The position numbers and the translations under genes are program-made. Shown here piece by piece: positions 55,311-55,913 of a stretch of 55,913 nucleotides of DNA (within the stretch, counting starts at the first letter, position 1; each line of letters begins with the position of its first letter). Under the pieces are notes generated by a model. The model searched no databases, was not told the DNA's origin, and worked only from the letters and a program-made list of their open reading frames with translations. This DNA comes from a virus: IMG/VR virus record IMGVR_UViG_3300017751_000001; one strand, written 5' to 3'.

Positions 55311-55913
55311 TCAATCCTCAGCAAGTTTTTGGAAGTATGAAAGTGCATCATCTGCATCTTCATCTGTTTCTTCAGTTGAAGCAACTGCTGCACGACCTTC
55401 ACTAAGATCTTCAAGAGTTTCTTCTTCTACTACTTCGGGATCAGGAGCACGAAGTTGTTGTTTGCGTCCAAGAACGGCATCTAGACGTTTCTTCAGAGCA
55501 TCATAAGTTTTGAACTTATCATCAGAAGTAAATTCACTGAGATCAACAACTTGATTGTAGATAACTTCTAGTTCAGTATCATCCTCAAGGAGAGGTTCTA
55601 CACGACCAAACTCAGAAGAATCATAGTTCCAATAACCAGCAACCTGTTTGATCTTCAACTTAAAGTTAGCACCCTTCCAGAAATCAAATGGATTGATGGG
55701 CTCTTCATCTTCAAACTCGGGTTGCATTGATGCGGTGATCTTATCAAAGATCTTCTTACCGAATTTATAGAGGAAGACTTTACCTTCGTTGTCGGGATTT
55801 GATGCATCCTTTACTACATACACGTTAGCATAGTAGGACAGTTTACGCTTCTGTTTACGTGCAATTTCTTTGTCTGATTCATTGCCACTATTCCAGAGAC
55901 TACGATTCAGTTC
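55311..55913 (-). CDS. gp32: Single-stranded DNA-binding protein gp32 (5' end outside window)
   Basis: RKQKRKLSYYANVYVVKD, NEGKVFLYKFGKKIFDKI, GANFKLK, NYDSSEF, acidic tail. Confidence 0.96.
   Translation of the reverse strand, partial: ELNRSLWNSGNESDKEIARKQKRKLSYYANVYVVKDASNPDNEGKVFLYKFGKKIFDKITASMQPEFEDEEPINPFDFWKGANFKLKIKQVAGYWNYDSSEFGRVEPLLEDDTELEVIYNQVVDLSEFTSDDKFKTYDALKKRLDAVLGRKQQLRAPDPEVVEEETLEDLSEGRAAVASTEETDEDADDALSYFQKLAED

Overview
55.9-kb segment of a T4-like cyanomyovirus (marine Synechococcus/Prochlorococcus-type host inferred from CP12 and a cyanobacterial-type permuted tmRNA). Left to right: baseplate wedge genes (gp7 partial, gp6, gp25); a promoter-dense, largely non-coding segment (7.0-7.9 kb); a ~15-kb minus-strand accessory/early region of tiny genes punctuated by 12 copies of a palindromic two-box + -10 promoter element, two 157-bp non-coding repeats and three 28-bp 11-6-11 sites; an SF2 helicase; a DUF262+HNH (GmrSD-like) nuclease; a gp38-like Gly-rich adhesin, a late hydroxylase operon and a 2423-aa fibre with an S74 chaperone; a candidate ~50-nt sRNA; three tRNAs and a two-piece tmRNA; the baseplate hub/tail module (gp5, CP12, hub, M23 and lysozyme-like proteins, gp51, gp26, tube-like, gp4, gp2, gp48, gp53); and the 3' part of gp32. 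Best candidates for new biology: the promoter-gene cassette array with its recombination-like sites, the phage two-piece tmRNA, and the sRNA nearly complementary to the host Yfr1 motif. All calls come from reading motifs and synteny by eye; no database searches or folding programs were run.
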